From contig BK006941.2 of NCBI GenBank assembly GCA_000146045.2, forward strand, positions 544,001-608,000: 64,000 nt of DNA, in the 5' to 3' direction. The translations under genes were made by a program, and so were the position numbers. Each line of letters starts with the position of its first letter. The first letter of the stretch is position 1. Origin of the DNA: TPA_inf: Saccharomyces. Its lineage: Eukaryota. The notes beneath the pieces were generated by a model, which saw nothing but the letters and a program-made list of their open reading frames with translations, was not told the DNA's origin and searched no databases. Shown piece after piece: positions 14,149 to 25,094 of the stretch.

Positions 14149-14868
14149 CTAATCCCTTTTGGATTTATCATTGAAAGATCGCTGATTTATTCTTTTCCAA
14201 TACGCCTCGTAATTCTCTTTCAATGTCAAAGGCGCCAGATTGTAAGAATCTGTCATGTAAAATAATCTGACAATACGTAGTTTTAAAAACCAATTGATTA
14301 AACCAAGCTCTCTTATGATGCCAACTATAAAAAAATAAAGTGATCCAGTCAGTGCCCCCACGCTGAATCCCACGATTACTTGATCTAAATTGTGGTAGTG
14401 CAAGTAAACTCTGGAAAAGCAAACGCAAAACGATAATAAAGCCAATGCACCAGAAAAAATGCATTTTTCTAAGAAGTTTAGATTCTTCCAGGAAGTGTAT
14501 ATCTTCAGAGAGTTATAGGTAAAACAAAACCCCATGAATTGGGAGTGTGCACTGGGCATCCCGTAACCGGATCTTATAGTGTCATTTTGGAACGACGCAC
14601 CGAACGATACGGGGCGTGGCTGTTTTATTATATTCTTGATCACGTTATTGAATATTTCGTTCATCAATTGGCCAAAGGCTACAATGCAGGCTTCTAACTC
14701 TCTTGTGATGATAAACCACGACAAATAAAAAGCTAGCACTAGGATGGGCATCAGCGAGAAATATGCACTAAGGAATGATAGAAAGTCATGCGAATCATAG
14801 AGAATGTATGTGTCATCGAATGGTATAACATTTGGATTTGGATTTATTGCAGCGGCGGTACTATTCAT
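14149..14868 (-). CDS. CAX4: Dolichyl pyrophosphate phosphatase (PAP2/lipid phosphatase family, 239 aa)
   Basis: Complete 239-aa polytopic ORF with PAP2 phosphatase motifs (KxxxxxxRP ... PSAHS ... SRxxxxxHxxxD: KQPRP, MPSAHSQF, SRVYLHYHNLDQV). Size and position match YGR036C. Confidence 0.75.
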   Translation of the reverse strand: MNSTAAAINPNPNVIPFDDTYILYDSHDFLSFLSAYFSLMPILVLAFYLSWFIITRELEACIVAFGQLMNEIFNNVIKNIIKQPRPVSFGASFQNDTIRSGYGMPSAHSQFMGFCFTYNSLKIYTSWKNLNFLEKCIFSGALALLSFCVCFSRVYLHYHNLDQVIVGFSVGALTGSLYFFIVGIIRELGLINWFLKLRIVRLFYMTDSYNLAPLTLKENYEAYWKRINQRSFNDKSKRD

Positions 14869-15730
14869 GATATGATCCGATTCAAAACAAATTTTGATGT
14901 AGATAAAATGCCTGGTATAATGAGTGGTAGAGAAGAAAATTAGACGAAAAGAATGAGAACGAAGAAATGATTTAAAGTGATCACAGTGGCAATCACTTTC
15001 CCCTTTTTAACGCGTGTTGAGCAATCGATTGATGTCTCTACCATATGTAGCATTTTCTCAGAAGGCAAACTTTTCTTTTTCTTTCTACTTTTCCAACAAG
15101 AAATTTTAAGTTTTCCCAGAAACCCGAATTCTCCTATTTCATCCACCACGTAAGAACGGTTTTCTTCCTGGCGTAATTAAAAGCATAAAGAAAAACTGAA
15201 CAAGCTCTAGATGTAGATCAGGGTATACATGGTGCGCTTCAGTAAGTGTACTGTACCACTAGTTTGGCGTCTGTCACTTGAATTGCGGATTTGTGTAGAG
15301 CAATGAAAGCGCTGCTTCTGCCGCCATCAAAAAAAACTGAGTAGTTATTAAAGCCTATGTATGACAATATAAAAATGTATACAGATCAGTCTGTATATAA
15401 ATCATGAAAATATCTTTAAAAATTTCAAGAGCGTGTTTCCGCTAAACCTTGTCATATTCAACACAAATCAGTATCATTCTCGGCGTAAATTACATGCGAA
15501 TCTCCCTAATTGTGATTCAATATTCCAGCGAACCCCGAGAATTTAAATAGAACAGAGTATATGCATTTATTAACAGTTATTACGCCTTGTCCCCAGGGAG
15601 AGTAGTAAGGGATATGGGCATTTATAAATGTACATAAGTCACGTTTTTGCAGCCAATAAAATATAATAATAGAATAGTAACAAGGAAAGCTAGGCCAAAA
15701 CTCCTTACATGGAGCTAGTATACCCCTTTT

Positions 15731-15994
15731 CTAAGAGGAGTACTTGGCAATCAGTTGATCAACAAGGGCAATGTATTCCTTTTCGGCATCTTCCTGGGAT
15801 TTACCTTTTAAGTTTTCCCAGGCTTCCCACTTGTAGCGGTCCTTCATGTTGAAAATACCAGGCTTTTCCTTGTCGTTGTCACCTACAGTGGCTTGCTTGT
15901 ACAGAGCATACAATTCTAATAATTCATCAGTGGAGGGCTTCGTTGGTAGCTCGTTGACGGCTTTAGCTTTTTCTTCGAATAATTGGGAAACCAT
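15731..15994 (-). CDS. ACB1: Acyl-CoA-binding protein (87 aa)
   Basis: MVSQLFEEKAKAVNELPTKPSTDELLELYALYKQATVGDNDKEKPGIFNMKDRYKWEAWENLKGKSQEDAEKEYIALVDQLIAKYSS is the canonical ACBP fold sequence of yeast Acb1. Confidence 0.9.
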   Translation of the reverse strand: MVSQLFEEKAKAVNELPTKPSTDELLELYALYKQATVGDNDKEKPGIFNMKDRYKWEAWENLKGKSQEDAEKEYIALVDQLIAKYSS

Positions 15995-16681
15995 TTTGCT
16001 GAAAACACTAGTTTAACTAATTTTAGAGTTTTAGTCTTCCTTCTTTTGCTTCACACAGTGAAATGATGTACATAACGTACTTGCTTCCGAGACAGACCAA
16101 TTGATCCAAGCTAGCTATATATATGGCGGTCATTGGGGAGTTGGCCTGGAGCTGTTGAGTTTGCGGACGTGTCAGAGAGCGCGTAGGGCCGCCAGCGCCA
16201 CCTGTCTTCAGGCACCAAGGCCGTAATCTCTTCCGACGGTCATTTTTTAATGGAATGTTTCAATACGAGAGTTTGTGGCATGTAGTTTAGGAACGGATTA
16301 TAGAGAATAGTCGAAATATGTTTAGTCCCTACACAAATTGCTAGACTACCTGTTTCGAGTTTCCTCTATTCCTTTGCTAACGGAGCTGCGGTATATAAAC
16401 CATCGTAGACTCAAAGCCGTTACCCGACAACTATCGGGTATAGTGAAATGCCTATGTTTTCACTTTAAGACCTTAGAAAACTATCATGAGATCTCGCCTT
16501 CAGATGCAGATATTTCAGTGGATTCACGAAACAAGAAAAATTCACTGATCGATAACATCTTCCTTTGCTTGATATTCCCTTTTTGAATTTCCCTAACTAC
16601 CTTTTGTTGTTTACCACATATTCTCTAAAAAGCAGAGTTATTCTTATTTTGTATTTCATTGCATTTTTATCCATTTAGTTA

Positions 16682-17350
16682 ATGACCGAATTAGATTATC
16701 AAGGAACTGCTGAGGCGGCTTCTACCTCGTATAGTCGAAATCAAACGGACCTTAAGCCGTTTCCTTCTGCAGGCAGTGCATCTTCATCAATTAAAACGAC
16801 GGAACCTGTGAAAGATCATAGAAGAAGGCGTTCTTCCAGCATAATTTCACATGTGGAACCGGAGACTTTTGAAGATGAAAATGACCAGCAACTTCTACCA
16901 AATATGAATGCTACTTGGGTAGACCAACGCGGCGCTTGGATTATTCATGTGGTCATTATCATACTGCTGAAACTATTTTATAATTTATTTCCTGGTGTTA
17001 CCACAGAATGGTCGTGGACTCTGACTAATATGACATATGTTATTGGGTCCTATGTCATGTTCCATCTGATTAAGGGTACCCCTTTCGATTTCAATGGTGG
17101 TGCTTATGACAACTTGACGATGTGGGAACAAATTGACGACGAGACTTTATATACTCCTTCAAGAAAATTTTTGATTAGTGTCCCGATCGCCCTATTCTTA
17201 GTTAGTACTCATTATGCTCACTATGATTTGAAATTGTTTTCATGGAATTGTTTTTTGACAACCTTTGGTGCTGTTGTCCCAAAGTTACCTGTTACTCATA
17301 GATTAAGGATTTCTATCCCAGGTATCACAGGTCGCGCCCAAATTAGTTGA
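16682..17350 (+). CDS. ORM1: ORMDL-family ER membrane protein, regulator of serine palmitoyltransferase (222 aa)
   Basis: Complete 222-aa ORF with a Ser-rich N-terminus (phospho-regulatory region) and the ORMDL core (NATWVDQRGAWIIHVV...HLIKGTPFDFNGGAYDNLTMWEQID). Size and position match YGR038W. Confidence 0.8.
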   Translation: MTELDYQGTAEAASTSYSRNQTDLKPFPSAGSASSSIKTTEPVKDHRRRRSSSIISHVEPETFEDENDQQLLPNMNATWVDQRGAWIIHVVIIILLKLFYNLFPGVTTEWSWTLTNMTYVIGSYVMFHLIKGTPFDFNGGAYDNLTMWEQIDDETLYTPSRKFLISVPIALFLVSTHYAHYDLKLFSWNCFLTTFGAVVPKLPVTHRLRISIPGITGRAQIS

Positions 17351-17661
17351 ACATAGTTTATTTCAATCTTGTATCTAGATGTTTTTGCTATATTTATATT
17401 TTCTGGGCCAAATCACTAACGCTTTGAAATTTCAAAAGCCAACAACGGATTTCGGACTTCATTTATGTAAATGAAAAAGAATGTGAACAAAAATTGAAAA
17501 AATTCCATATTAATGCACCTTCTAAACCTATTTGTTGAAATTGTATTTAATTCATATAATCATATTCTATTCAAAAAGAATAACAGATAGTATTAGCACT
17601 ATTTCACGTACTGCTTCTAATACTATTATCACAAAATAGACATCGGAAAACTCAAAAATAA

Positions 17662-17743
17662 CGACAACTGCAGGACTCGAACCTGCGCGGGCAAAGCCCA
17701 AAAGATTTCTAATCTTTCGCCTTAACCACTCGGCCAAGTTGCC
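17662..17743 (-). tRNA. tS(AGA): tRNA-Ser (anticodon AGA), 82 nt, class II with long variable arm, no intron
   Basis: The reverse complement reads GGCAACTTGGCCGAGTGGTTAAGGCGAAAGATTAGAAATCTTTTGGGCTTTGCCCGCGCAGGTTCGAGTCCTGCAGTTGTCG, the yeast tRNA-Ser(IGA) sequence as I remember it. The anticodon stem AAAGA/TCTTT leaves the 7-nt loop TTAGAAA with anticodon AGA. The 5' flank of this gene, at higher coordinates, holds the Ty1 and Ty2 insertions. Confidence 0.85.
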
Positions 17744-17842
17744 AATGTATACATTGCTGTTTCCTGGTTTGAAGAAGCTAATCGTGCACGTAAACAACAA
17801 TCTATACTACAAGTAAAAAAATGGGGAAAAAGATGCTGAAGG

Positions 17843-18176
17843 TGAGATATATGTGGGTAATTAGATAATTGTTGGGATTCCATTGTTGATAAAGGCTATA
17901 ATATTAGGTATACAGAATATACTAGAAGTTCTCCTCGAGGATTTAGGAATCCATAAAAGGGAATCTGCAATTCTACACAATTCTATAAATATTATTATCA
18001 TCGTTTTATATGTTAATATTCATTGATCCTATTACATTATCAATCCTTGCGTTTCAGCTTCCACTAATTTAGATGACTATTTCTCATCATTTGCGTCATC
18101 TTCTAACACCGTATATGATAATATACTAGTAATGTAAATACTAGTTAGTAGATGATAGTTGATTTCTATTCCAACA
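17843..18176 (-). repeat. Ty1 3' LTR (delta), 334 bp
   Basis: Element-orientation start TGTTGGAATAGAAATC and end ...TATCTCA. Identical to the 5' LTR except for a cluster of differences in the last ~25 nt at the U5 end. Confidence 0.85.
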
Positions 18177-18198
18177 TACCACCCATAATGTAATAGAT

Positions 18199-21100
18199 CT
18201 AATGAATCCATTTGTTAGTTAATAGTTTAAATGTTTTTATCGGAAGAGGTTTTGTCATCACATCAGCAATGTTCTTCTTGGTCTCGATGTAGTATACGTA
18301 TAGATTATTACCTGATACTTCATCTCTAAGTCTCATTGCCTTTGTGCCAAAAAATCTGTTTCTAAATTTCTCTTCATTTGTAGACTTAATTATACTGATC
18401 GTTGATCTACTATCAGTAAGTAAGCCTTTAATAATTGGTTTCTTGTTAAGTTCTTGCACAAGGTGACTGAGGTTATTCAATAGCGGAATAGCTTCACTGA
18501 CTGCGTGTATTTCTGCTTCTGTAGTTGAAGTGCATGTTAACGAAGCCTTTGTCGACTTTCCTCCAATCACTTTTCCGTTGAGTAGGAAAATGTTACCAAT
18601 TTGTGACTTGTAATATGGTTGGTTACCATATGAAGCATCGCTTATTGCGACTAGTTTATTATCTGGCTCGGTAGGTTTGTTTTTGTGCCATATCAGTTGT
18701 TTATCTCTAGTGTCCCACATGAATTGTATTAACTCATATGTCATGTCTAAAACTTGCCTAGAGGGGAATAGTATATGTTGAGCAAGTGTGTTGATGTAGT
18801 ATAGTAAGTCAAATCTAAATTTATATCCAACATATGAAGCTAGACCAATCAACTTTTGCATTTCATGTACCTTCTCTTTGTATTCATCTTCATCTATTTC
18901 TAGTTCATCCTGGTCTATATAAAGACCTGGTTGACCTGGAGCGCTAAGTTTTCTTCCTTTTGGATTCAAAGGTACGTTTAATTTGGGTATTTTCTCAGTT
19001 AATGAGTTTTCCATACCTAATTTCATGTATTTACCTCTTTGATATTTGATTTCTAAGCCAAGTATGTCGTACTGAATTTCGTTATCACTTTCACCCAGAT
19101 TTATTATCTTTGTATCGTATTGTTTCTTGAGTGTTGTTATGATTTTCTTATTTGCATTTAAGTCTTTGCTGAACAATATCATATCATCAACGAATAAGCA
19201 AATTGTTACTTGACTATTCTTAAATACGCATGACCATCCACGAACTTCTTCCATACCACACTGTTTTATCAGGTATGATTTGATAGTTTCGTACCAGTTC
19301 GCTCCACTTTGTTTCAATCCATAAAGTGATTTCTTCAAACGTATCAACTTATCATTCATTCCTAAATGTGGTGGAGGTCTTATGTATAATTCTTCTTTGA
19401 TGTCTGCATACAAATATGCCGAAGATATGTCTAATTGTGTAATATAGTAGTTATTGTCTAATGCAAGTGACAGGGATGTCATTAATGCATAGTGATGTAC
19501 GGTATTGGATTGCATGCCTGAGTCGTAAGTGTCAGGATGCTGAATATCACCTCTTGCAACAAATCTAGCTTTATGAGTACCGTCACGTTTCCTGTTGAAG
19601 ATAAACATTGAATTTATTACTCTTTTAGGGTCTATTTCTTTTCTGTCATAATATTTGTCAGTGTCCCAAGTATTCATTTTCAATAGTTGGTTGACTTCTT
19701 TGTGGTATGCTTCGATATATTTTTCCTTTTCTTTAATATCTTTATTATAGGTGATTGCCTCATCGTATCTTAAGGTTGTCCGTATTGGTTTGATTGATTT
19801 TACTGCTTTTACAGCTGCAATCAGGTGAATTCGTTTCTTCGATCTCGGAGGTTCTAAACTACGCATATTCTTAGTATTCCATGTGTCTCGTGATACCTTA
19901 ATTTCAGTTTCATTATCTTCTAATGATCTTTTCTTACTGTTGATAGTAGTATAGGCATTAGAGTCACCAATACCACCCAAACTGGAATTAGTTTGATGAG
20001 AATTTATCGGTGGGAGTTCTTTAAATGGGTCAGGGAATTCGGTAGGAGATTCTGGAGGTAGATCAGGGAGTGGGAGATCAGCGATGATAGATTCCTCGGT
20101 ATTCTGTTCAGAAACAGTAGTTGGCGTTTTGATAGGAACAATATTGTGCGATGAATTATTTTCCGGTGGAGAAGCATCGATTGAAGGTGAACGGTGTATA
20201 ATCCTTTTCTCAGTCTCTTGGTCACTTATCTGCGGAACAGTTTTGTTGTTGGTACCACCCGTACTGGATATTGGTACGTTTGTATGATTAGTCTCATTTT
20301 CACTGTACGAGTCTGAGTGTCTGAAATCTTTAGATTTACTGGCGTGCGACGACTCATGTGTGTTAGATTGGGACATGGGAGCAAGTAAAGGAACATTTAA
20401 TTTATGCATACCACCCGAACCGGTACTCTCGATATTGGAAATTTGGGGGGTGCTAGATCTCTTCTTTGATGGAAGAATATTAGATTCAGATATGTTGGGG
20501 TCAACTTCTCTGGGTGCGCGAATATTGGTTTTAGAAACACGTTTCGAATCTTCAGTATGAGTTGACGGAGGTGTGGAATCGGTTGGACTCACAGCTTTTG
20601 AAAGGACATTTCTCGGTTGCTCAGGATGTAGTTCAATGTCGGATTGGAAGTCATGGTCAGATTCTATGTTAAGATCATTGGATTCTTGGATCTCATTTGA
20701 CGCAATGAACGAATGATATGAAGCAGTTAAACGGTTTAAGTCTTCATCGAAAGTGAGTGCGTCGTAATTGAATTGATCTAATCTGGATTCCTTGCCCTGA
20801 AGAATAACATAGTTAGTTGTATCTACTGTCTTCTTTAAGGATGGAAGATAGATGATATATCCATAAGAGTTTCGAGACGGATGTAGAGCGTAGCCTGGGA
20901 TGCCACGAGGATGTATTTTGGAGTTAGGGTTGTGATCATTGACGATAACAGGTTGACCGAAAGGTAACAAAGTACTGATATCAAGTCCTGCCAAGCCAGC
21001 ATGTTGTCTTGCAGATTTTTTGCTTTTAGGTGAAGCTAGTGAATTTCTCACAATAGTAGAAAATTCGATTGCAGAGAACCATAAATGGTTCGGTAAACCA

Positions 21101-22165
21101 CTACATTGCAGTTGAGTACGGCAGTCATCTAATAAGGTACGGTTTAGCCGTTCAGCGACTCCATGTGCTCGGGAATCCGCTGTGGTTGTATAGCATGGAG
21201 TTATACCATTTTTTTCAAGGAATTTATGGAGAGTTCTGTTAGTATACTCAGAACCACGGTCCATTTGTATAACCAAGACACTGGCCTGAAACTGGTTTTT
21301 AATAAAAGCTAGTATCGTAGTAAAAACATCGAGGATAGAGTCCTCGCGACGGTCGTGTAATGGATAAACCCAACGGAATTTTGTTGTCTCATCAGTAAAT
21401 GAGATGAAATAGGATGGTGCACTATTTGGTAGGTTGTGAACTGGACCAAATATGTCAGTATGTAGGTATTGAAAGGGTTCGTATGAATTTTGGTATTTTA
21501 GTCGTGAACCTTTGATATGTCTGTGTTTGGTGCTTTTGCCGATTAAACAATCAGGACATTGATAGTCAATAGCACTAGACCAGTCGACATCTGATTCGTT
21601 AAAATACGTGATGGTGTTATTTTTAAGTGAGTATCGAATTGTCTGTGCATTGGCATGCGCAAGCATTCGATGAATGAAAGGATAAGGATATTTGCGTGTA
21701 CTTTCACTTGTATGGACATTATTGATGGTGGGTACGGAGATATTTGATGGAAGCAAGTACTTTTTAGATACCCAGTAAAAGTCTCCATATTTTACGATAG
21801 GTGCAAGTACAGTGCCGTCAGATCGTTCTAAGACGTTTTTGGTAAAGCATGCTGTGATATCTACTGCAGCCAATTCATTCAAACTGAGTAAGTCATAGGC
21901 TATGTTAGGAGTGTGCAATACCTTTATTGATGTTTTGGTGTTGTCCTGGAAGTGAAATTGTAGGTCACCAATAGCGTTAATTGGTATATTTCTTTTTTGA
22001 GCATCAACTACGTTTATGCCAGGATTAGATGATGCTGAGTGTATGTGGTGAGCAGATCTTATAAGGGTTCGTGATGCTCCTGAATCGAGAAGGAGGTGTC
22101 CAGGGAGTTCATCATCAGAATGATTAGTGTGATTTACCGTAGATTCAGTAAGTTCCTGGCCTAAG
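18199..22165 (-). CDS. TYB: Ty1 TYB (Pol: protease-integrase-reverse transcriptase/RNase H), expressed by +1 ribosomal frameshift from TYA
   Basis: The frameshift heptamer CTTAGGC lies at 22159-22165 (minus strand) in the TYA/TYB overlap. Downstream is a continuous pol frame to 18199. It carries the integrase zinc-binding (HHCC-like) and D,D-35-E motifs, and the RT motif YVDDM is present as FVDDM. Confidence 0.85.
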
Positions 22166-23467
22166 ATGAAGGTCGTGCTTATTGTTCAATTGAATCGGTT
22201 CAGTAGTTGATTTACTGATGGAATCGTTGTCCGTGCTGGGAGAGTTATTAGATGTGGATACATTGTGAGCCCTGGCTGTTTTCGATTTCGAATTATTTGT
22301 TTTTTGAGGATTCCGAGCTATAACTTTGGGTTTGGTTGTATTCGTATAGCTGCGAGAATCATTCTTCTCATCACTCGGATTTCTCCTGTAATTAGGTTTG
22401 CTGTTTCTCGATCCCTGTTGTTCTTCATAAATAGCATGGATATCTAAGAACAGTTCAGCGACTGTCATATTTAGATGTCGATGACGTGTGTAGCGTAAAA
22501 ATTTATATTCGCCAGATAGACCTCTCATAATTAATTGGCATGCGACCTTGTTATTGATATGAATGCCATTATTGTTCAGTCTGTCGATAATGTTTGTGAC
22601 TTTTGTTTCAAATGCATCTGCAGGTGTACTGCCATTATATTGCAAATTTGCCAGGGTCACAATGTCGTTTGCCTCTTGGGTATCAGATTGCATTTTTTCA
22701 ATACTTTTGGAAAGAATTTTCATGATATCCGTATAATCAACGGATAGGATGTCTTTGACCCAGGTAGGTAGGAATTGAGAGGGAGCAAATATTTGAAAAG
22801 TGTTATACAAGAAGGTGAGTTCATCATCAGTGATCTGACGTACGGGTTTTCCGTTTACTGTCGGAATAATACCACCGAGATTCGAGTTTTGTAAAAATTT
22901 GATGTATGTTTTAACCCAATTTGGAAAGTCATTAGGTGAGGTTAACATTGGTGGTGGTCTGACATATTTTTTAGTGGATGTCATATCAGAGTCCGCTGAG
23001 GATGAATCAGTAAATGTATTACCTGACTCAGGTGATGGAGTGCTCAGAGGCGTTCCAACTGATGATGGATACTGCGGAAACTGTGATTGTGGCCCAGGTG
23101 GAAAGTACATAGGCGACATTTGATAAGGTGTATACGGAATCATAGATGGGTGTCCGTAAAATGACCAACCAGATGGATTGGCTTGGTTTTGGGTCATCAT
23201 GCACTGCTGTGGGTACGGCCCATTCTGTGGAGGTGGTACTGAAGCAGGTTGAGGAGAGGCATGATGGGGGTTCTCTGGAACAGCTGATGAAGCAGGTGTT
23301 GTTGTCTGTTGAGAGTTAGCCTTAGTGGAAGCCTTATCATATTCTTGAATTTTGGAAGCTGAAACGTCTAACGGATCTTGATTTGTGTGGACTTCCTTAG
23401 AAGTAACCGAAGCACAGGCGCTACCATGAGATATATGTGAATGTTGAGATAATTGTTGGGATTCCAT
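22145..23467 (-). CDS. TYA: Ty1 TYA (Gag, 440 aa)
   Basis: [39 protein letters not shown]... is the Ty1 Gag sequence. The ORF length is 440 aa. Confidence 0.9.
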   Translation of the reverse strand: MESQQLSQHSHISHGSACASVTSKEVHTNQDPLDVSASKIQEYDKASTKANSQQTTTPASSAVPENPHHASPQPASVPPPQNGPYPQQCMMTQNQANPSGWSFYGHPSMIPYTPYQMSPMYFPPGPQSQFPQYPSSVGTPLSTPSPESGNTFTDSSSADSDMTSTKKYVRPPPMLTSPNDFPNWVKTYIKFLQNSNLGGIIPTVNGKPVRQITDDELTFLYNTFQIFAPSQFLPTWVKDILSVDYTDIMKILSKSIEKMQSDTQEANDIVTLANLQYNGSTPADAFETKVTNIIDRLNNNGIHINNKVACQLIMRGLSGEYKFLRYTRHRHLNMTVAELFLDIHAIYEEQQGSRNSKPNYRRNPSDEKNDSRSYTNTTKPKVIARNPQKTNNSKSKTARAHNVSTSNNSPSTDNDSISKSTTEPIQLNNKHDLHLRPGTY

Positions 23468-23760
23468 TGTTGATAAAGGCTATAATATTAGGTATACAGA
23501 ATATACTAGAAGTTCTCCTCGAGGATTTAGGAATCCATAAAAGGGAATCTGCAATTCTACACAATTCTATAAATATTATTATCATCGTTTTATATGTTAA
23601 TATTCATTGATCCTATTACATTATCAATCCTTGCGTTTCAGCTTCCACTAATTTAGATGACTATTTCTCATCATTTGCGTCATCTTCTAACACCGTATAT
23701 GATAATATACTAGTAATGTAAATACTAGTTAGTAGATGATAGTTGATTTCTATTCCAACA
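23427..23760 (-). repeat. Ty1 5' LTR (delta), 334 bp; contains the TYA start codon
   Basis: Bounded by the PBS complement on one side and the GAAGG duplication on the other. The TYA ATG (minus strand, 23467) lies within U5. Confidence 0.85.
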
Positions 23761-24740
23761 GAAGGAGATAAAAATTTCAAAATGTTTCTATGATAAATTT
23801 ATAATGAATTTATAATAATGTTTTGGGCTGTTTCCCTTTAGATTATTTAGCTTATCGTACATAATCGCACATAATCAGACTCTTTATTATATATAATTAA
23901 ATATTTCGAGATTTACATACTAGTGGTTACTTAAAAGTGTAATCGCAAATTATATCAGAAATGAACAAAGATACGCAGTCCAAATTATTGACAACAACCA
24001 GCATATGTACTTAGTAATATTTTATGAAGTTACTAAATCAAGATTAGAAACGTAAAAATAGAATAACATGATCAAGTTCAAGTCTGAATTTCCTTTAATA
24101 TTTGGATAAGTAAATTCACTACGTGACATGATTGGTTGGTGCCAACATAACACAATTTTAACATTATGTAATCTACAGGATAAGTAGCATTCTGTGTAAC
24201 AAATTGTAGTAAGTCTGGCAAATCTCTACTCTCTTAAAGGTATAAGGATTGTCCAGATACCCGATATTACTAGAGGCCGTCATGTATAAAATGTGGTAAC
24301 GTAAAATATACACTTAACAGAAAGTTAAAAAAGGTTAAGTTATACGTGGCTTTCTCCTTTTTTCTTTTCAAGTACCTACCTGCTGTTAATTAATAGTTAA
24401 TATTGATCACGAGAATAACAGATCTTCATATACAGTATAAGAGAGATCTATAAAACTAAAAATGGATAGATTTTGATGAAATTCGTGGGCCGATATACTC
24501 TTCAGTTTGTCATTCATGATTTATTATAATATAGACTTCATAAGTGAACTTTGTAGTTTCTGGTGATTACTATAGCGATACTTTTCGAATAGTCACAACA
24601 AGAGCTTCTGCTTCACGTTTTTTGGAAACAAAAGACTGAGGAGGGGCTAAATATAAATACTGATTCATATTACGAAAGGAAATAAAAAAATAACTATATG
24701 TAGATTTATATTAATATTGTATAATTGCAGTCCTTGTATT

Positions 24741-25072
24741 TGAAGAGAATGTGGATTTTGATGTAATTGTTGGGATTCCATTGTGATTAAGGCTATAATA
24801 TTAGGTATGTAGATATACTAGAAGTTCTCCTCGAGGATTTAGGAATCCATAAAAGGGAATCTGCAATTCTACACAATTCTATAAATATTATTATCATCAT
24901 TTTATATGTTAATATTCATTGATCCTATTACATTATCAATCCTTGCGTTTCAGCTTCCACTAATTTAGATGACTATTTCTCATCATTTGCGTCATCTTCT
25001 AACACCGTATATGATAATATACTAGTAACGTAAATACTAGTTAGTAGATGATAGTTGATTTTTATTCCAACA
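24741..25072 (-). repeat. Ty2 3' LTR, 332 bp
   Basis: Delimited by the TSD and the TG...CA termini. It differs from the 5' LTR at 5 or more positions. Confidence 0.8.
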
Positions 25073-25094
25073 TACCACCCATAATGTAATAGAT

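Larger units (their letters stand above)
17843..23760 (-). mobile_element. Full-length Ty1 LTR retrotransposon (5918 bp) with intact TYA and TYB and a 5-bp target-site duplication GAAGG
   Basis: 334-bp delta LTRs at 17843..18176 and 23427..23760. In element orientation they read TGTTGGAATAGAAATCAAC...TCTCA. The tRNA-Met primer-binding site complement GGCGCTACCA lies immediately inside the 5' LTR. Direct repeats GAAGG flank the element at 17838-17842 and 23761-23765. The length is exactly that of Ty1. Confidence 0.9.

Noticed and set aside
17662-17743. Initial reading of this tRNA as tRNA-Leu(UAG)
   Set aside because: Re-indexing the anticodon stem (AAAGA/TCTTT) gives the 7-nt loop TTAGAAA with anticodon AGA. 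The whole sequence matches yeast tRNA-Ser(IGA).
17567-17800. 77-aa ORF on the minus strand
   Set aside because: It overlaps the tRNA-Ser gene and its flanks. It is an artefact of reading through a structural RNA gene.
20004-23123. Short ORFs on the plus strand within the Ty1 element, and equivalent ones within Ty2 (26629..27661)
   Set aside because: They are antisense to TYA/TYB. Ty elements encode only Gag and Gag-Pol on one strand.
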